64,000 nucleotides of DNA from Methanotrichaceae archaeon (GTDB lineage Archaea > Halobacteriota > Methanosarcinia > Methanotrichales > Methanotrichaceae): NCBI GenBank assembly GCA_963803145.1, contig CAWDLW010000023.1, positions 128,001 through 192,000 of the forward strand, given 5' to 3'. Numbering within the stretch: position 1 is the stretch's first letter; the number at the start of each line of letters is the position of its first letter. Under the pieces are notes generated by a model that did no database searches, was not told where the DNA came from, and was given only the letters and a program-made list of their open reading frames with translations. Below are positions 40,215 through 51,118 of this stretch, piece by piece. A program made the translations under genes and the position numbers.

Positions 40215-40861
40215 GGCATCACCACCGGACTTGCTATGTACATTACCATTGTAGTAATAATAGAGTAAGGCAGAACTGCAGCATAATATCCACCCTTCAA
40301 AATCCAAATCGCAAAAATAACTATCAGACAGATCAGGACCAATGAAGCAATAGCCTGAAGGCTGCGGACCTTGGGATAGGGGATGCTGCTTACCATGAGC
40401 GCTGATAACACAATCATTAATGCCAGAGTAAGCTCTGGCCAGTCCAGGAGAACGCTTGCTGCAACGGTAATACCACAGGGGGGTATCGGAAGACCTTCGA
40501 AGAGATGATCGTTTTTGGGCGACAAATTGAACCTGGCAAGCCGGAGCATTCCGCAAGCAAAATAAATAGCTCCGACAGCCACGGTGAGCCAAGATAGTCT
40601 GAAGGCCATAGATACAAAAACAGCTGGTGCAACTCCGAATGAAACAAGATCTGCAAGGGAATCCAGGTTCGCGCCAAGAGGTCCCGATCCAAATCTTCGT
40701 GCCAGAAACCCATCTAAGCCATCTGCAGTCGCTGCTAGAATTATGAGAAGCACACAGATATCGGATCTACCGATATATGCGGCCATTATTGAGCCAAAGC
40801 CGAGAAACGCATTTAGAAGCGAGAGAATGTCCGGCAGCCTTATGATACTTAATATATTCAT
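40193..40861 (-). CDS. pssA: Archaetidylserine synthase
   Basis: DGLDGFLAR..G..LDSLADLVSFGVAP, LRLARFN. Confidence 0.93.
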   Translation of the reverse strand: MNILSIIRLPDILSLLNAFLGFGSIMAAYIGRSDICVLLIILAATADGLDGFLARRFGSGPLGANLDSLADLVSFGVAPAVFVSMAFRLSWLTVAVGAIYFACGMLRLARFNLSPKNDHLFEGLPIPPCGITVAASVLLDWPELTLALMIVLSALMVSSIPYPKVRSLQAIASLVLICLIVIFAIWILKGGYYAAVLPYSIITTMVMYIASPVVMPFLRRER

Positions 40862-41445
40862 TCACGCTTCACCGCTATAATCGATTCGCCTGCATGAACC
40901 TTCTCGCCGTTTTCGACGCAGATCTCAAAACCCGGAGGAATAGTAACCTCAACACGTGAGCCAAAGCGGACCATGCCTATTCTCTCGCCCCTGGAAACAC
41001 TATCTCCTGGACTAACATAACAGATTATATCTCTGACGAGAGAGCCTGATATCTGACGGATCTCTATGTCGCCATAATTTGTCTCGAGCAATATCCTAGT
41101 TTGATCGTTTCTGGTTGCGGACTCCAAAAATGCTGGTGTGTGTCCGCCTTTTTTGCGTTCGACTGCTTTGACAAGCCCGCTCAGTGGCGCCCTGTTTACA
41201 TGCACATCCCAGGGGCCCATGAAGACTGCAATCTTATTCTGTTCAGCCGGCAGCACTCTACCATCGGCTGGCGACAACATTCCATCTCCTTTTGGCGCCC
41301 GATCAGGGTCACGGTGAAAGAATATTATGAAAATTGAACCAACAAGTGCAACCGATGATGCATACCAGTTCCCCACTGCCGCCAGAAGTGCAGTTATGAA
41401 AATGGGAATTGATATCCAGGCGGTTGAATTCTTAGCAAGCTTCAA
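40858..41445 (-). CDS. psd: Archaetidylserine decarboxylase proenzyme
   Basis: FHRDPDR, SPADG, DVHVNRAP, RFGSRV cleavage motif. Confidence 0.93.
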   Translation of the reverse strand: MKLAKNSTAWISIPIFITALLAAVGNWYASSVALVGSIFIIFFHRDPDRAPKGDGMLSPADGRVLPAEQNKIAVFMGPWDVHVNRAPLSGLVKAVERKKGGHTPAFLESATRNDQTRILLETNYGDIEIRQISGSLVRDIICYVSPGDSVSRGERIGMVRFGSRVEVTIPPGFEICVENGEKVHAGESIIAVKRE

Positions 41446-42248
41446 GCAGTGCCTCCAGGATGCCTGATCTCCATTTCGAGTTCATCTATAGTTGTCAAAA
41501 GCTCCGGCAGGAGAATGAAAACAAGATATGCTACCGATAATAGCGCTATCATCGAGCCAAATTTTGCTATAACATTATGAGCCACGTAAAAGCTATCGTT
41601 TCCGAACCAGTTCCATCCATATGCCATGATAACAAAGGCGTTTCTAAATACATTTAATATATATATAGTCAGGATTGATGATACAAGTGCTGTAGCTTTG
41701 CGCTTTATAGGTGCATTTACGGATACAATCACACCTGCGAAGAGCGCTATGCTCTCAATGGCAGTGCAAGCCAATATAATTTCAACAGATCTGCCATTGA
41801 GGATCAGGACATTCCATCCTTCCACTGAGACCGGAATCGAGAATGCTTGTAGTAGCTCTGCCGTGATCATTGTGGTGTGTCCGATAAGCCATGATCTGAG
41901 CGGCTCTAGCTCTGCGAATGGGTAATAGATGATCCCACAGATAGCTGCAGCATATCCCGCCCAGGATGATGCTTGAGATTTTCCTTTAATCAGTATTACA
42001 AAAGCGAGGTAAATGCAGAAGAGCGCTGCAACTACAGCTAGAATTGCGTTGAAATAATCCTCTGTACTCAGATAATTATACGGCTGCTCCAGCCAGTAAA
42101 GGCCGAACATTATCCAGCCGAGGGATGCGATAATACCAGCATCTATCAGTGCAGATGCTAGGAGAAGGATCAAGCTCAGCCAGAGTACATTTGTAGTCAG
42201 CCAGGCTGCGATCATCGAGAGTAAGAGAACCACAGGTTTATTTAGCAT
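41442..42248 (-). CDS. artA: Archaeosortase A
   Basis: Multi-TM; IILACTAIESI, NVFRN, F..AHN. Confidence 0.92.
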   Translation of the reverse strand: MLNKPVVLLLSMIAAWLTTNVLWLSLILLLASALIDAGIIASLGWIMFGLYWLEQPYNYLSTEDYFNAILAVVAALFCIYLAFVILIKGKSQASSWAGYAAAICGIIYYPFAELEPLRSWLIGHTTMITAELLQAFSIPVSVEGWNVLILNGRSVEIILACTAIESIALFAGVIVSVNAPIKRKATALVSSILTIYILNVFRNAFVIMAYGWNWFGNDSFYVAHNVIAKFGSMIALLSVAYLVFILLPELLTTIDELEMEIRHPGGTA

Positions 42249-42318
42249 TGTCTACTTACATCAATCTATCGCGGCCTTCGGCGACTGCGAAAGATCTCTC
42301 CCATAGGTATGATTCAAT

Positions 42319-45300
42319 ATGGAAATACGACAACTGATCCTGATCTCTGCAGTAGGAATTGCGCTTTTGGCTTTGGTAGCGGCTGCACCTTATGCTGATG
42401 CAAGCACTGCCAAAATCGATCCTGCCCTGGCTAAAAGGATAGACAATGGATTGAATGAGAAAATACCTATAATAATGATGCTCAAGGGCAAAAGCACACC
42501 GGATCTAACGGATATGGACGTTAAATACAGATATCGCCTCATAAACGGTATTGCAGGAGGAGCTACACCTTTAACCATAAAACGGCTCTCAGAGAGCGAT
42601 TCTGTTGATGAGATCTATCTGGATAACTCTACCCATATATCCGCTCCAGCCGCAGGTGCTTCAGGAAGCGAGTCGATAAGTCCGGCAAAATATGTCAATG
42701 CTGATAAACTCTGGGCAAAGGGAATAGATGGGAAGGGCATTACAGTCGCCGTTATTGATTCTGGAATCGATAAAAACCATCCGGATCTCGAAGGCAAAGT
42801 TGTGGGCGAGAAAAACTTTGTGGATGATGAGATCTCAGCCGACGATCTTCTTGGCCACGGCACAATGGTCGCGGGCATCATCGCAGGCTCAGGGGCTGCA
42901 TCAGGTGGAAAATACAAGGGAATTGCCCCTGGCGCAAATTTGCTCAACGTTAAGGTTATAGATAGCGGTGGAAACGGAAAGGTCTCTGATATAATCGCCG
43001 GAATAGAGTGGGCCATATATAACGGTGCAAATGTCCTCACCCTAAGCCTAGGCGGCCTGAACCTTGGGGAGACAAATCCGCCGATAACTATGGCCGCAGA
43101 CAACGCAATGGACGAAGGCGTTGTCGTGTGTGTAGCAGCCGGCAACCGCAATAGTACAACAGTACAGAGCATGACCGAGCCAAACACCGCCGCAGATGCA
43201 CCTGTAAATATCCCCGCAGATGCTTCCACAAAAGCGAGCTCCGGATCTATAAGCGCGAGTCAGATAGATCTATCTCAAATAGGACGAAGCGCGAACAGAA
43301 ATGTTCTGCTGCTTGTTGTCCCGATAGTTCTCGCTCTACCGCCAGGCCTGATTGATTCGCCAGGAGACGGCATTAGGGTAATAACTGTAGGAGCGTCCGA
43401 TTATCTGGGGCATGTGGCAAACTTCAGCGGATCCGGGCCTACTAGAGACGGCAGAACAAAACCAGATGTTGTCGGACCCGGCGTAGATGTTATATCAGCA
43501 GTTCCCCCAGGGCTAGAGAAGCCAGAGTACTTGGATATTTATTACGCCAAGGAATCAGGAACAAGTCTATCTACACCAGTTGCTGCAGGTGTTTCAGCCC
43601 TGCTGCTGCAGGCTCAAAAGAATTTGACACCTGCTGGAGTAAAAGCCGCACTTACGAATGGCGCAAAAAATCTCAATGATACTCTTGGTGAGACGTACGA
43701 AGTTTACTATCAGGGGTCCGGCCTTATCGATGCTCTGGGCTCCTATGAAAATCTCAGCAATGATCTATGCGGGGTCGAGCCCAATAAATGGACTCCGGGC
43801 AGATGGGCCTATCTCCCTGCTGGCAAGGGAATATATGTAGGCTTGAATGCTGGAGCAGACCGGCCTCAGAAGAAGCTCTACTCTCTCGCTCCCGGCGATG
43901 AGGACTGGGCTACCCAGTTCACCTTCTTCACAAACAAAGAGAGATCCAATTTGACAACGTCCGTCTCAGGATCAATTGCCAATTGGGTGAGCATTCAGTC
44001 GCTTCCCAAAAGCATTCCTGCCAATGGACAAAGGGTCTTTGGGGCTGCGATAACTGTGCCGAACGGCACAACGCCAGGGATATACAATGGATCCATTGAT
44101 ATCCTTGATGACGGAAAAATGCTAACATCAATACCGGTATCTGTAAATATCGCGGGGCCGATAGTGGTTCAGAGGGGCAGTGGATCTGCGGCCGGTTCCA
44201 TAAAGGGCAGCGATTGGCGTTACTTCTATCTCGATGTGCCTTTAGGCACAAGCGACCTCAAGGCCAAACTGAGCTGGAAGAGCACCAGTACCATTGACCT
44301 ATTCCTGCTTTCTCCAACGAGCGAGTACTACTCCGGCAAGCAGAATGGCAATCTTGAGGATATAGATATCCAGGACCCACCATCGGGCCGCTGGCTGATG
44401 GCAGTCCATGGCGAAAAGCTCTCGGTTCCTGAAAATTATACCCTGAGTATGGAGCGTTCGCTTATCGATAGCTTTCCTAAGAGATGGAACGTAGGGACAA
44501 TATCGCCAGGTGGTACCGCAAATGTTGAATTTACAGTGGAGAACAGAGGACCGCCTCTGAATAACCTGAGCTATCAAGGACTGATCGAAAATATAACAAC
44601 TTCGGACCTGTACGGAAGTGTCGGAAACAAGAAAATATGGGAGAGCAGTCTAGACATCCAGCCTGAGACCAGACGAATATCCGCAAAGCTCAGCAAAGAG
44701 GGAAACAGCAGCGAGCTGTTGTTCTTGTTTGAGGACCCAAATGGGGAGCCAGCTGATGCTGCCCTTGGAACCGAGAACCTAGGGCCGATAGAGGCCCTGA
44801 ATCCAGCTACAGGCATATGGAAGATGAGAGTTTATGGATATAGCGTGCCCACAGTAGAACAGCAGTTCGATGTAAAGCTGACACAATATGCGGATGAGCA
44901 CTGGACCTGGATAGCGACCAATGGCCCTAAGACAATAGATAGCGATTCCAGTGCTACTGTCGATGCAAGCATCGCGGTGCCGAAAAACACGTCTGTCCAT
45001 AATCTTGAGGGGTATATAGAGATCTCCTCTGCCGATGCCAATAGATCAATCCAGATACCTGTTAGCGTGAATGTTGCGAGCTCTTACCTCGAAGGACTGA
45101 ACTACTCAGACGTAGAGGATTCCAATAAAGATGGGTACTTCGATAATCTGGTTTTAGGATTTGGGGTAAATTCGACGACCTCAGGCAGTTACGAAGTTGA
45201 AGGGACTCTTACTGACTGCGCAGGAAATCTTATAGATCAGTTCAACCGCAGTTCAAGGCTTAATGGACACGGCATAATAAATGTAACTGTGAATGGAAGC

Positions 45301-45861
45301 GCGATCTGGAAGATAGGAAAATGCGCGCCTCTAAGAGTTGAGAACCTCCTTCTATACAGCGATCGCGGAGAGTTACTCGACAGATATAACGGCAATATAA
45401 CACTGAACAGAAGCCCTAATGAATTCCAACCGCCTGCAGCATATCTCACAAGCGAATTTACGAATGAAACCGCACCCGGCAAAATAAGAATAGGGGTAGG
45501 CGCAGATGTGATAAAGCCCGGCACCTATCAGGTCAGCGGCAAGCTGGTTGATGATAATGGAGATGAACTCGGCACAGACACAATCTCAAGCAAACTCGAT
45601 GCCGGAAATACGACCCTTTATCTGGAGTTCAATCCTACAAAGTTTGCGATGATGGGAAAAAGCTCTAGGCTGCACCTTGTAGATCTTGCATTAGCTTTGA
45701 ATGGCGCAGAGCTGGAGCGTAGGGATACGGCATGGATCAGCGGACTCATGAATCCAAATGGGCTACTGTCCGGAATCTCTGCTGTTATCAAGACTAATAA
45801 CAGTACCAGCAGCACATCAGGCGTCGTGAAGAGGGAGAACGGCATGGCAGTGATATCCTGA
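42319..45861 (+). CDS. Secreted S8 subtilisin-like protease with PPC and Ig-like domains
   Basis: VIDSGID, GHGTMVAG, AAGN, SGTSLSTP. Confidence 0.92.
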   Translation: MEIRQLILISAVGIALLALVAAAPYADASTAKIDPALAKRIDNGLNEKIPIIMMLKGKSTPDLTDMDVKYRYRLINGIAGGATPLTIKRLSESDSVDEIYLDNSTHISAPAAGASGSESISPAKYVNADKLWAKGIDGKGITVAVIDSGIDKNHPDLEGKVVGEKNFVDDEISADDLLGHGTMVAGIIAGSGAASGGKYKGIAPGANLLNVKVIDSGGNGKVSDIIAGIEWAIYNGANVLTLSLGGLNLGETNPPITMAADNAMDEGVVVCVAAGNRNSTTVQSMTEPNTAADAPVNIPADASTKASSGSISASQIDLSQIGRSANRNVLLLVVPIVLALPPGLIDSPGDGIRVITVGASDYLGHVANFSGSGPTRDGRTKPDVVGPGVDVISAVPPGLEKPEYLDIYYAKESGTSLSTPVAAGVSALLLQAQKNLTPAGVKAALTNGAKNLNDTLGETYEVYYQGSGLIDALGSYENLSNDLCGVEPNKWTPGRWAYLPAGKGIYVGLNAGADRPQKKLYSLAPGDEDWATQFTFFTNKERSNLTTSVSGSIANWVSIQSLPKSIPANGQRVFGAAITVPNGTTPGIYNGSIDILDDGKMLTSIPVSVNIAGPIVVQRGSGSAAGSIKGSDWRYFYLDVPLGTSDLKAKLSWKSTSTIDLFLLSPTSEYYSGKQNGNLEDIDIQDPPSGRWLMAVHGEKLSVPENYTLSMERSLIDSFPKRWNVGTISPGGTANVEFTVENRGPPLNNLSYQGLIENITTSDLYGSVGNKKIWESSLDIQPETRRISAKLSKEGNSSELLFLFEDPNGEPADAALGTENLGPIEALNPATGIWKMRVYGYSVPTVEQQFDVKLTQYADEHWTWIATNGPKTIDSDSSATVDASIAVPKNTSVHNLEGYIEISSADANRSIQIPVSVNVASSYLEGLNYSDVEDSNKDGYFDNLVLGFGVNSTTSGSYEVEGTLTDCAGNLIDQFNRSSRLNGHGIINVTVNGSAIWKIGKCAPLRVENLLLYSDRGELLDRYNGNITLNRSPNEFQPPAAYLTSEFTNETAPGKIRIGVGADVIKPGTYQVSGKLVDDNGDELGTDTISSKLDAGNTTLYLEFNPTKFAMMGKSSRLHLVDLALALNGAELERRDTAWISGLMNPNGLLSGISAVIKTNNSTSSTSGVVKRENGMAVIS

Positions 45862-45876
45862 ATCCTCCTTCACTGA

Positions 45877-46554
45877 TCAGAGATTTCTGGAGATATTTGA
45901 TAGCCTATTTATCAGCCAGTTGGTTATGAACCCTGTCAGGAAGCAGATAAACATCAAGGAGAACTCCTTGTTCTCAGAGTTAATGTTGAAGGCAATTAGG
46001 CCTGAGCTGAAGACCAGGTAGGCTATATATCCAAAGATAAGGCTCAGCAGGGGGATGGCTGTGTACCATGCCCGCTTATATCTAACAACTGTCTTCTCCC
46101 TGCGAAGATCATCTATCACTCCAGAAAGTATCTGCGCCGACGAGCCAAGGCCAGCGAAGAATGGTGCCCAGAGAGGGACTGATAGGATAGTTACATTGGC
46201 GTAACTATAGATAAGATAACTGAAAAGAAGGATTGCCAGCATGCCGAAAATGAGCGCGTATAGCCCATAAAGCTTGAAGAAATAGGCGATGGTCCGAAGG
46301 CTTTGAAACCTAAGACCTCTAACATCAAGCTTGGCATCATTTATCGCAGTTGTCAGCTCATATCTTGAGCGATCGAAATATAGAAATGCATCCGTTAGGT
46401 TGGCCTTGTCGAACTCTTTCAATGCCAGTATGTAGAAGTCATAGCTGCTTTTGATATCGATTGAGCTTCGGTGAGCTGCCTGAAGCATGCGATTTAATCT
46501 CTGGAGATCTTTTTCCAACACATCAGATCCCGTTGGGCAACCTTTCGAATCCAC
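45877..46554 (-). CDS. Hypothetical membrane protein (4 TM)
   Basis: Helical N-terminus and four hydrophobic segments. Confidence 0.75.
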   Translation of the reverse strand: MDSKGCPTGSDVLEKDLQRLNRMLQAAHRSSIDIKSSYDFYILALKEFDKANLTDAFLYFDRSRYELTTAINDAKLDVRGLRFQSLRTIAYFFKLYGLYALIFGMLAILLFSYLIYSYANVTILSVPLWAPFFAGLGSSAQILSGVIDDLRREKTVVRYKRAWYTAIPLLSLIFGYIAYLVFSSGLIAFNINSENKEFSLMFICFLTGFITNWLINRLSNISRNL

Positions 46555-46805
46555 AATTAATTACTTACTGAATTAGTATATATAGCTTTTCATGGACTTA
46601 AGAAAATGGTAAAATAAATATTTTAATATCATTTAAATTTAGATACGACCATAGCTGATGGTTTATGCTTGGCAGCTTATCCATGAACCTGATAAACCTC
46701 GATTAAAATTAAATGTCAATAAATCGTATAAGTTTTAAAGATCCATAAAATAAATTATTAGAAAAGAAATAAATTTGATTATGCAATTATATCTCGCCTA
46801 ATTAG

Positions 46806-47015
46806 CTAGCTCGTGGCAGTTTGCCTTGCCTGCTTTATCTGCCTCATGATCTTTCTCTTGAGAGATCCCTTTCGTCTAACATCGCAAGAGAGGTCCTTTC
46901 CCTTCCTATCGGTCAAGCTGAGGAGATTTATTTCATCTATTATGCTCTCTGCTATATCACAGCACTCATCTACAGCGTCTTTCTTATGCAAGTCGGTCTT
47001 CATAAAGTTCCTCAC
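46806..47015 (-). CDS. Small hypothetical protein
   Basis: GTAGGA RBS-like site; charged helical ORF. Confidence 0.4.
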   Translation of the reverse strand: MRNFMKTDLHKKDAVDECCDIAESIIDEINLLSLTDRKGKDLSCDVRRKGSLKRKIMRQIKQARQTATS

Positions 47016-47294
47016 GGCATTAGTTATAACATCCTACTAAAAAAATTTTTCTGTTTAGAGGAGAAAAAAGTATCCTTAAAAATTCATGTAAATTTAATAG
47101 ATATAGAGACATAGTGATAAAAGCAAACCTATTAACTGTGGTGAATGTTACTGAAAATTATCATGAGAATCAAATGCACAGGATCCATTTTGACTTGAAA
47201 ATCTACGGAATCACTTATTGGCGCTTTTCAGTTGTTCACTTACGTGACGAACCAGGCGGTCATACTTTAATACTTTACCGGATAGTTATATGTC

Positions 47295-47858
47295 ATGCCA
47301 GATGATCAGATCTTCTGCCCCGTCTGCGGCATAGAGACCGAACACAACACTATAAAATCGGGGCAGGAGAAGCTTGTACGGTGTACAGGTTGCGGGGAGG
47401 TCCATTCGCTCCGGAAGGAGCGGGAAAGGGCTGGAGATGTTAGAGTCATTGTGAACAAGGATGGAACATCGATGCCTTATCATATCCGACTCCCATTAAA
47501 TGAAGAGCTGCATGTCGGAAATGAGCTGCTGGTGGATGATGAACGCCAGGACGTTGTGATGACAAAGATCACATCTATTGAAACCGATCGCAGAGTAGAT
47601 GTTGCCTTAGCAGGCGAGATCAAGACGGTCTGGGCGAGAGCAATAGATAACGTGACAGTGAAGGTGGCTGTTTTTAGAAATGGTAAGACACAATCGCTGA
47701 AGTTGCCTACACCAGGGAGTGAGATTTTTGAACTTGGCGAGGTTAGAGATATCGATAGAGTGAAGTTCAGGGTAATGAAGATAAAGCTTCGCGGCGAGGG
47801 ATTCGCGGATAGGGCAGAGGCAAAGGATATCCTCAGGGTATGGGGTAGAGAACTTTGA
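47295..47858 (+). CDS. HVO_0476 family zinc-finger protein
   Basis: [26 protein letters not shown]; adjacent to pcm. Confidence 0.88.
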   Translation: MPDDQIFCPVCGIETEHNTIKSGQEKLVRCTGCGEVHSLRKERERAGDVRVIVNKDGTSMPYHIRLPLNEELHVGNELLVDDERQDVVMTKITSIETDRRVDVALAGEIKTVWARAIDNVTVKVAVFRNGKTQSLKLPTPGSEIFELGEVRDIDRVKFRVMKIKLRGEGFADRAEAKDILRVWGREL

Positions 47859-48484
47859 GGATAAACGATTTGCTCGATGGCATGAAGGACCAAATAAATG
47901 AGCGCGTTATAAATGCGATGAAAAAAGTTCCCAGAGATCTGTTTGTGCCTGAAACGCTCAGATCAAGCGCACACGATGACACTCCTCTTCCTATCGGCTA
48001 CGGCCAGACGATATCTGCACCCCATATGGTTGCCATAATGTGCGAGCTACTTGATCTCAAAGAGGGGTTAAAGGTGCTCGATATCGGAGGGGGGAGCGGT
48101 TATCATGCAGCGGTTATGGCAGGGCTGGTGGGCCCCCAGGGGCATGTTTATTCTGTTGAGCGGATACCTGAACTCGCGGAGCAGGCAAAGAAGAACCTCA
48201 AAGAGGCTGGCATTGCCAATGTAACTGTTGTACTCGGCGATGGGAGCAAAGGCCTAGAGGAATATGCTCCTTTCGATAGGATCAATGTGGCTGCCACAGC
48301 GCCCCGTGTGCCTGAGTTGCTCATAAAGCAGCTCAAACCTGGAGGAAGAATGGTCATACCTGTGGGGTCAGGTTTCCAGAATCTCATGCTGGTCACAAGG
48401 AATAATGGATATGTGATCGAGGAGAAGCTGCCTGTAGCTTTCGTGCCTCTTATTGGTGAAAATGGATTTAGGGAATACTTCTAA
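47855..48484 (+). CDS. pcm: Protein-L-isoaspartate O-methyltransferase
   Basis: [36 protein letters not shown]. Confidence 0.95.
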   Translation: MRINDLLDGMKDQINERVINAMKKVPRDLFVPETLRSSAHDDTPLPIGYGQTISAPHMVAIMCELLDLKEGLKVLDIGGGSGYHAAVMAGLVGPQGHVYSVERIPELAEQAKKNLKEAGIANVTVVLGDGSKGLEEYAPFDRINVAATAPRVPELLIKQLKPGGRMVIPVGSGFQNLMLVTRNNGYVIEEKLPVAFVPLIGENGFREYF

Positions 48485-48525
48485 ATACCGTCTGAACATC
48501 CCTTGAACTGTTCCGGAATGTGTGA

Positions 48526-50040
48526 GTGATGAAGCCTTTAGCTATCATAATCATGGACGGCTTCGGCGTGAGCCAGGATGAGAAAGGCAATGCCATAGCC
48601 ATGGCACGAAAACCTAATTTTGATAGGTTCTTGCAAAAGTATGCCAGCACGACCTTAAATGCATCAGGTCTGGCAGTTGGCCTGCCAAAGGGTCAGATGG
48701 GAAACTCAGAGGTCGGCCATCTTAACCTGGGTGCTGGCAGGATCGTTTACCAGGGCTATACAAGGATCAACCTGGCAGTTGAGGATAGAACGATTCGCGA
48801 AAATCCTGTTCTCATTAAGGCGATGGAGGATGCTACAGGCGGCAAGCTCCACCTTATGGGTTTGCTATCAGATGGGGGGGTACATAGCCACATCACCCAT
48901 CTATATGCCCTGCTGGAAATGGCTAAGGCGAGTGGGCTAAAAAGGGTTTATGTGCATGCCATCCTCGATGGCAGAGATGTTCCCCCTAAGAGCGCACTGA
49001 CATATTTCCATGATCTCGCTGATAAGATCAAGCAGATAGGCGTAGGCAATGTTGCAACAGTTGCAGGGCGCTACTATACCATGGACAGGGATAAACGCTG
49101 GGACCGAGTGGAAAAGGGCTATCGTGCCATGACCGCGGGCATTGGACTCAAAGCAAAAAGCCCTGAAGATGCCGTGACCAGAGGGTATGAGAGAGGCGAG
49201 ACGGATGAGTTCCTGATGCCGACTGTGGTGGATCCGAAGGGTCTGGTCGAAGATGGCGACAGCATCATATTCTTCAACTTCCGGCCAGATAGGGCACGTG
49301 AGATCACGAGGGCCTTCGTTGATAGTGGATTCAGCGAGTTTTCCAGAAAGCATCTGTTGATACATTTCACCTGCATGACTCAGTATGATGCGACAATAGA
49401 TATACCCGTTGCCTTTCCTGCACAGAACCTGGCTGAAACATTGGGAGATGTGATCAGCAAACACGGTCTGCGACAGCTTAGGATAGCTGAGACTGAAAAG
49501 TATGCTCATATCACATACTTCTTCAATGGCGGCAAGGAGGAGCCCAATCCTAACGAGGACCGCGTTCTTATACCGTCTCCTAAGGTCGCAACCTACGATT
49601 TGAAGCCTGAGATGAGTGCCTACGAGGTAACTGATGCTGTAATAGAGAGGATCAAAAGCGAAGCCTATGATCTCATAGTTATGAACTATGCAAATCCGGA
49701 TATGGTTGGGCATACTGGAATATTTAACGCAGCTGTAAAAGCTGTCGAGACTGTGGATAGCTGCATTGGCCGAGTTGTTGATCAGATACTTGCTCAAGGA
49801 GGCGGAGTGCTACTGATCGCCGATCACGGCAATGCAGAGAAGATGGTCGATGAGGTAACAGGCCAGCCGCATACTGCCCATACCACAAATCCTGTGCCGT
49901 TCGTGCTCATACTGAACGATGGAATAAAGCATGAGCTGAGAAATGACGGAATCCTGGCAGATGTAGCTCCAACAGCCCTTGAACTCCTCCGGGTGCATAA
50001 GCCCGATGTGATGACAGGAAAATCATTGATTGTGAGATAA
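48526..50040 (+). CDS. gpmI: 2,3-BPG-independent phosphoglycerate mutase
   Basis: GQMGNSEVGH, SDGGVHSH, DGRD, ETEKYAH, NPDMVGH, ADHGN. Confidence 0.96.
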   Translation: MMKPLAIIIMDGFGVSQDEKGNAIAMARKPNFDRFLQKYASTTLNASGLAVGLPKGQMGNSEVGHLNLGAGRIVYQGYTRINLAVEDRTIRENPVLIKAMEDATGGKLHLMGLLSDGGVHSHITHLYALLEMAKASGLKRVYVHAILDGRDVPPKSALTYFHDLADKIKQIGVGNVATVAGRYYTMDRDKRWDRVEKGYRAMTAGIGLKAKSPEDAVTRGYERGETDEFLMPTVVDPKGLVEDGDSIIFFNFRPDRAREITRAFVDSGFSEFSRKHLLIHFTCMTQYDATIDIPVAFPAQNLAETLGDVISKHGLRQLRIAETEKYAHITYFFNGGKEEPNPNEDRVLIPSPKVATYDLKPEMSAYEVTDAVIERIKSEAYDLIVMNYANPDMVGHTGIFNAAVKAVETVDSCIGRVVDQILAQGGGVLLIADHGNAEKMVDEVTGQPHTAHTTNPVPFVLILNDGIKHELRNDGILADVAPTALELLRVHKPDVMTGKSLIVR

Positions 50041-50050
50041 TAGTATGTTT

Positions 50051-50101
50051 TATTGCTATTGAACGAGCATTGCTACAGAACGAATATTGCCACGGAACGA
50101 A
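50051..50101 (+). repeat. Three degenerate 17-bp tandem repeats
   Basis: TATTGCTATTGAACGAG / CATTGCTACAGAACGAA / TATTGCCACGGAACGAA. Confidence 0.7.
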
Positions 50102-50221
50102 CGAGGTTCAACTCCAAAATGCTATGGTTCTCAGGTAAAGATTGAACAAGTTCTAACTCGATACCTGCATCATCATTATCTCGTGAAGTCGCTTGCTGCA
50201 TTCCTGCTAGCAGGTCCGATG

Positions 50222-50791
50222 TTACCTTATCGCAAAAGCCTCCAGTGCCTCGGTTAAAACCGCTAGATCGTCTTCAAGCTTCTCTTTGAGGACCGCCATC
50301 GATGATGCATCACCAAGAACCTTTGTCAAGCCCTTTGAAATAGCCGCGAAACCGAATGCGACTATAGCCGCCTCAGGTGTAAGCACAACCTCATCGGTAT
50401 TCTCCCATCCAAATCGTGGACCTTCCGATAGTTCACCATATCGGTGAGTTCTCACCAGCAGACCGTTCTCGTAGAGAATCAGCCTGTATTCGCTGAAAAA
50501 GCCCAGACCATCATCAAGCTGTACTCTCTCCTCTTTTGTTAAAATGACAATCTCACGGTGGTAATACAGCTCGCAGTCTTCGCTCAGCAGGGGCACCAGA
50601 GGCATGATCTTCTCAAGGATCGCTTTGAGGATTGAGGCTTCTTTTTCTAGGGTTTGCTTTTTCAGATCGGTGATCTTGGAGGCGAGGGGCTGAAGTTCGG
50701 CTAGTATTGTGCTCAGTTCCGATAATGTACCTCCAGTCACTAAATCGGTCGCTATCAGACCAGCGTTTTCAAAATGGTTTTGGGTGGCCAT
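50222..50791 (-). CDS. Hypothetical protein (coiled coil plus beta-rich core)
   Basis: GAGGCGG RBS; abuts the upstream ORF. Confidence 0.7.
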   Translation of the reverse strand: MATQNHFENAGLIATDLVTGGTLSELSTILAELQPLASKITDLKKQTLEKEASILKAILEKIMPLVPLLSEDCELYYHREIVILTKEERVQLDDGLGFFSEYRLILYENGLLVRTHRYGELSEGPRFGWENTDEVVLTPEAAIVAFGFAAISKGLTKVLGDASSMAVLKEKLEDDLAVLTEALEAFAIR

Positions 50792-51007
50792 TTAGACCGC
50801 CTCAGTTTCTGTGATTTCCTTAGAAGAACCTCGGATAGAGCCTTCCCAGCCATCGGTGCTCACTATCGCGCCCTCGAAGGGAAATATATAATTAAAAATA
50901 TGCATGGCCTTGGAGAAATCATCAGCACCCAGGCCAATGCTATTCAACTTCTCAGTCGCTTCTTGGACGTCTAAGAGCTTTCTACCAATACGAACCATAC
51001 CGCACAT
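50792..51007 (-). CDS. Small hypothetical protein, possibly DNA-binding
   Basis: GGGGTG RBS; divergent from the RHH gene. Confidence 0.5.
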   Translation of the reverse strand: MCGMVRIGRKLLDVQEATEKLNSIGLGADDFSKAMHIFNYIFPFEGAIVSTDGWEGSIRGSSKEITETEAV

Positions 51008-51118
51008 TGTCGCACCCCTAGGTACTATATGTATCTATGATTATATATTGCTTTCTCTCTATCTATCTATATTACTATGAGGAAAGATTTATATCCATAA
51101 AAAGAGACGTGCATATAT

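Noticed and set aside
40215-40592. N-terminal extension of the 234-aa ORF containing mptD
   Set aside because: Overlaps pssA in another frame and looks like non-coding translation.
48937-49797. 286-aa antisense ORF
   Set aside because: Lies entirely opposite conserved gpmI; no motifs.
50051-50101. Possible mini CRISPR array
   Set aside because: Units are 17 bp, degenerate and abutting, with no spacers and no cas genes.
50104-50116. GGTTCAACTCC, tRNA T-loop-like (att remnant)
   Set aside because: No full T-stem, acceptor stem or CCA context; too short to support.
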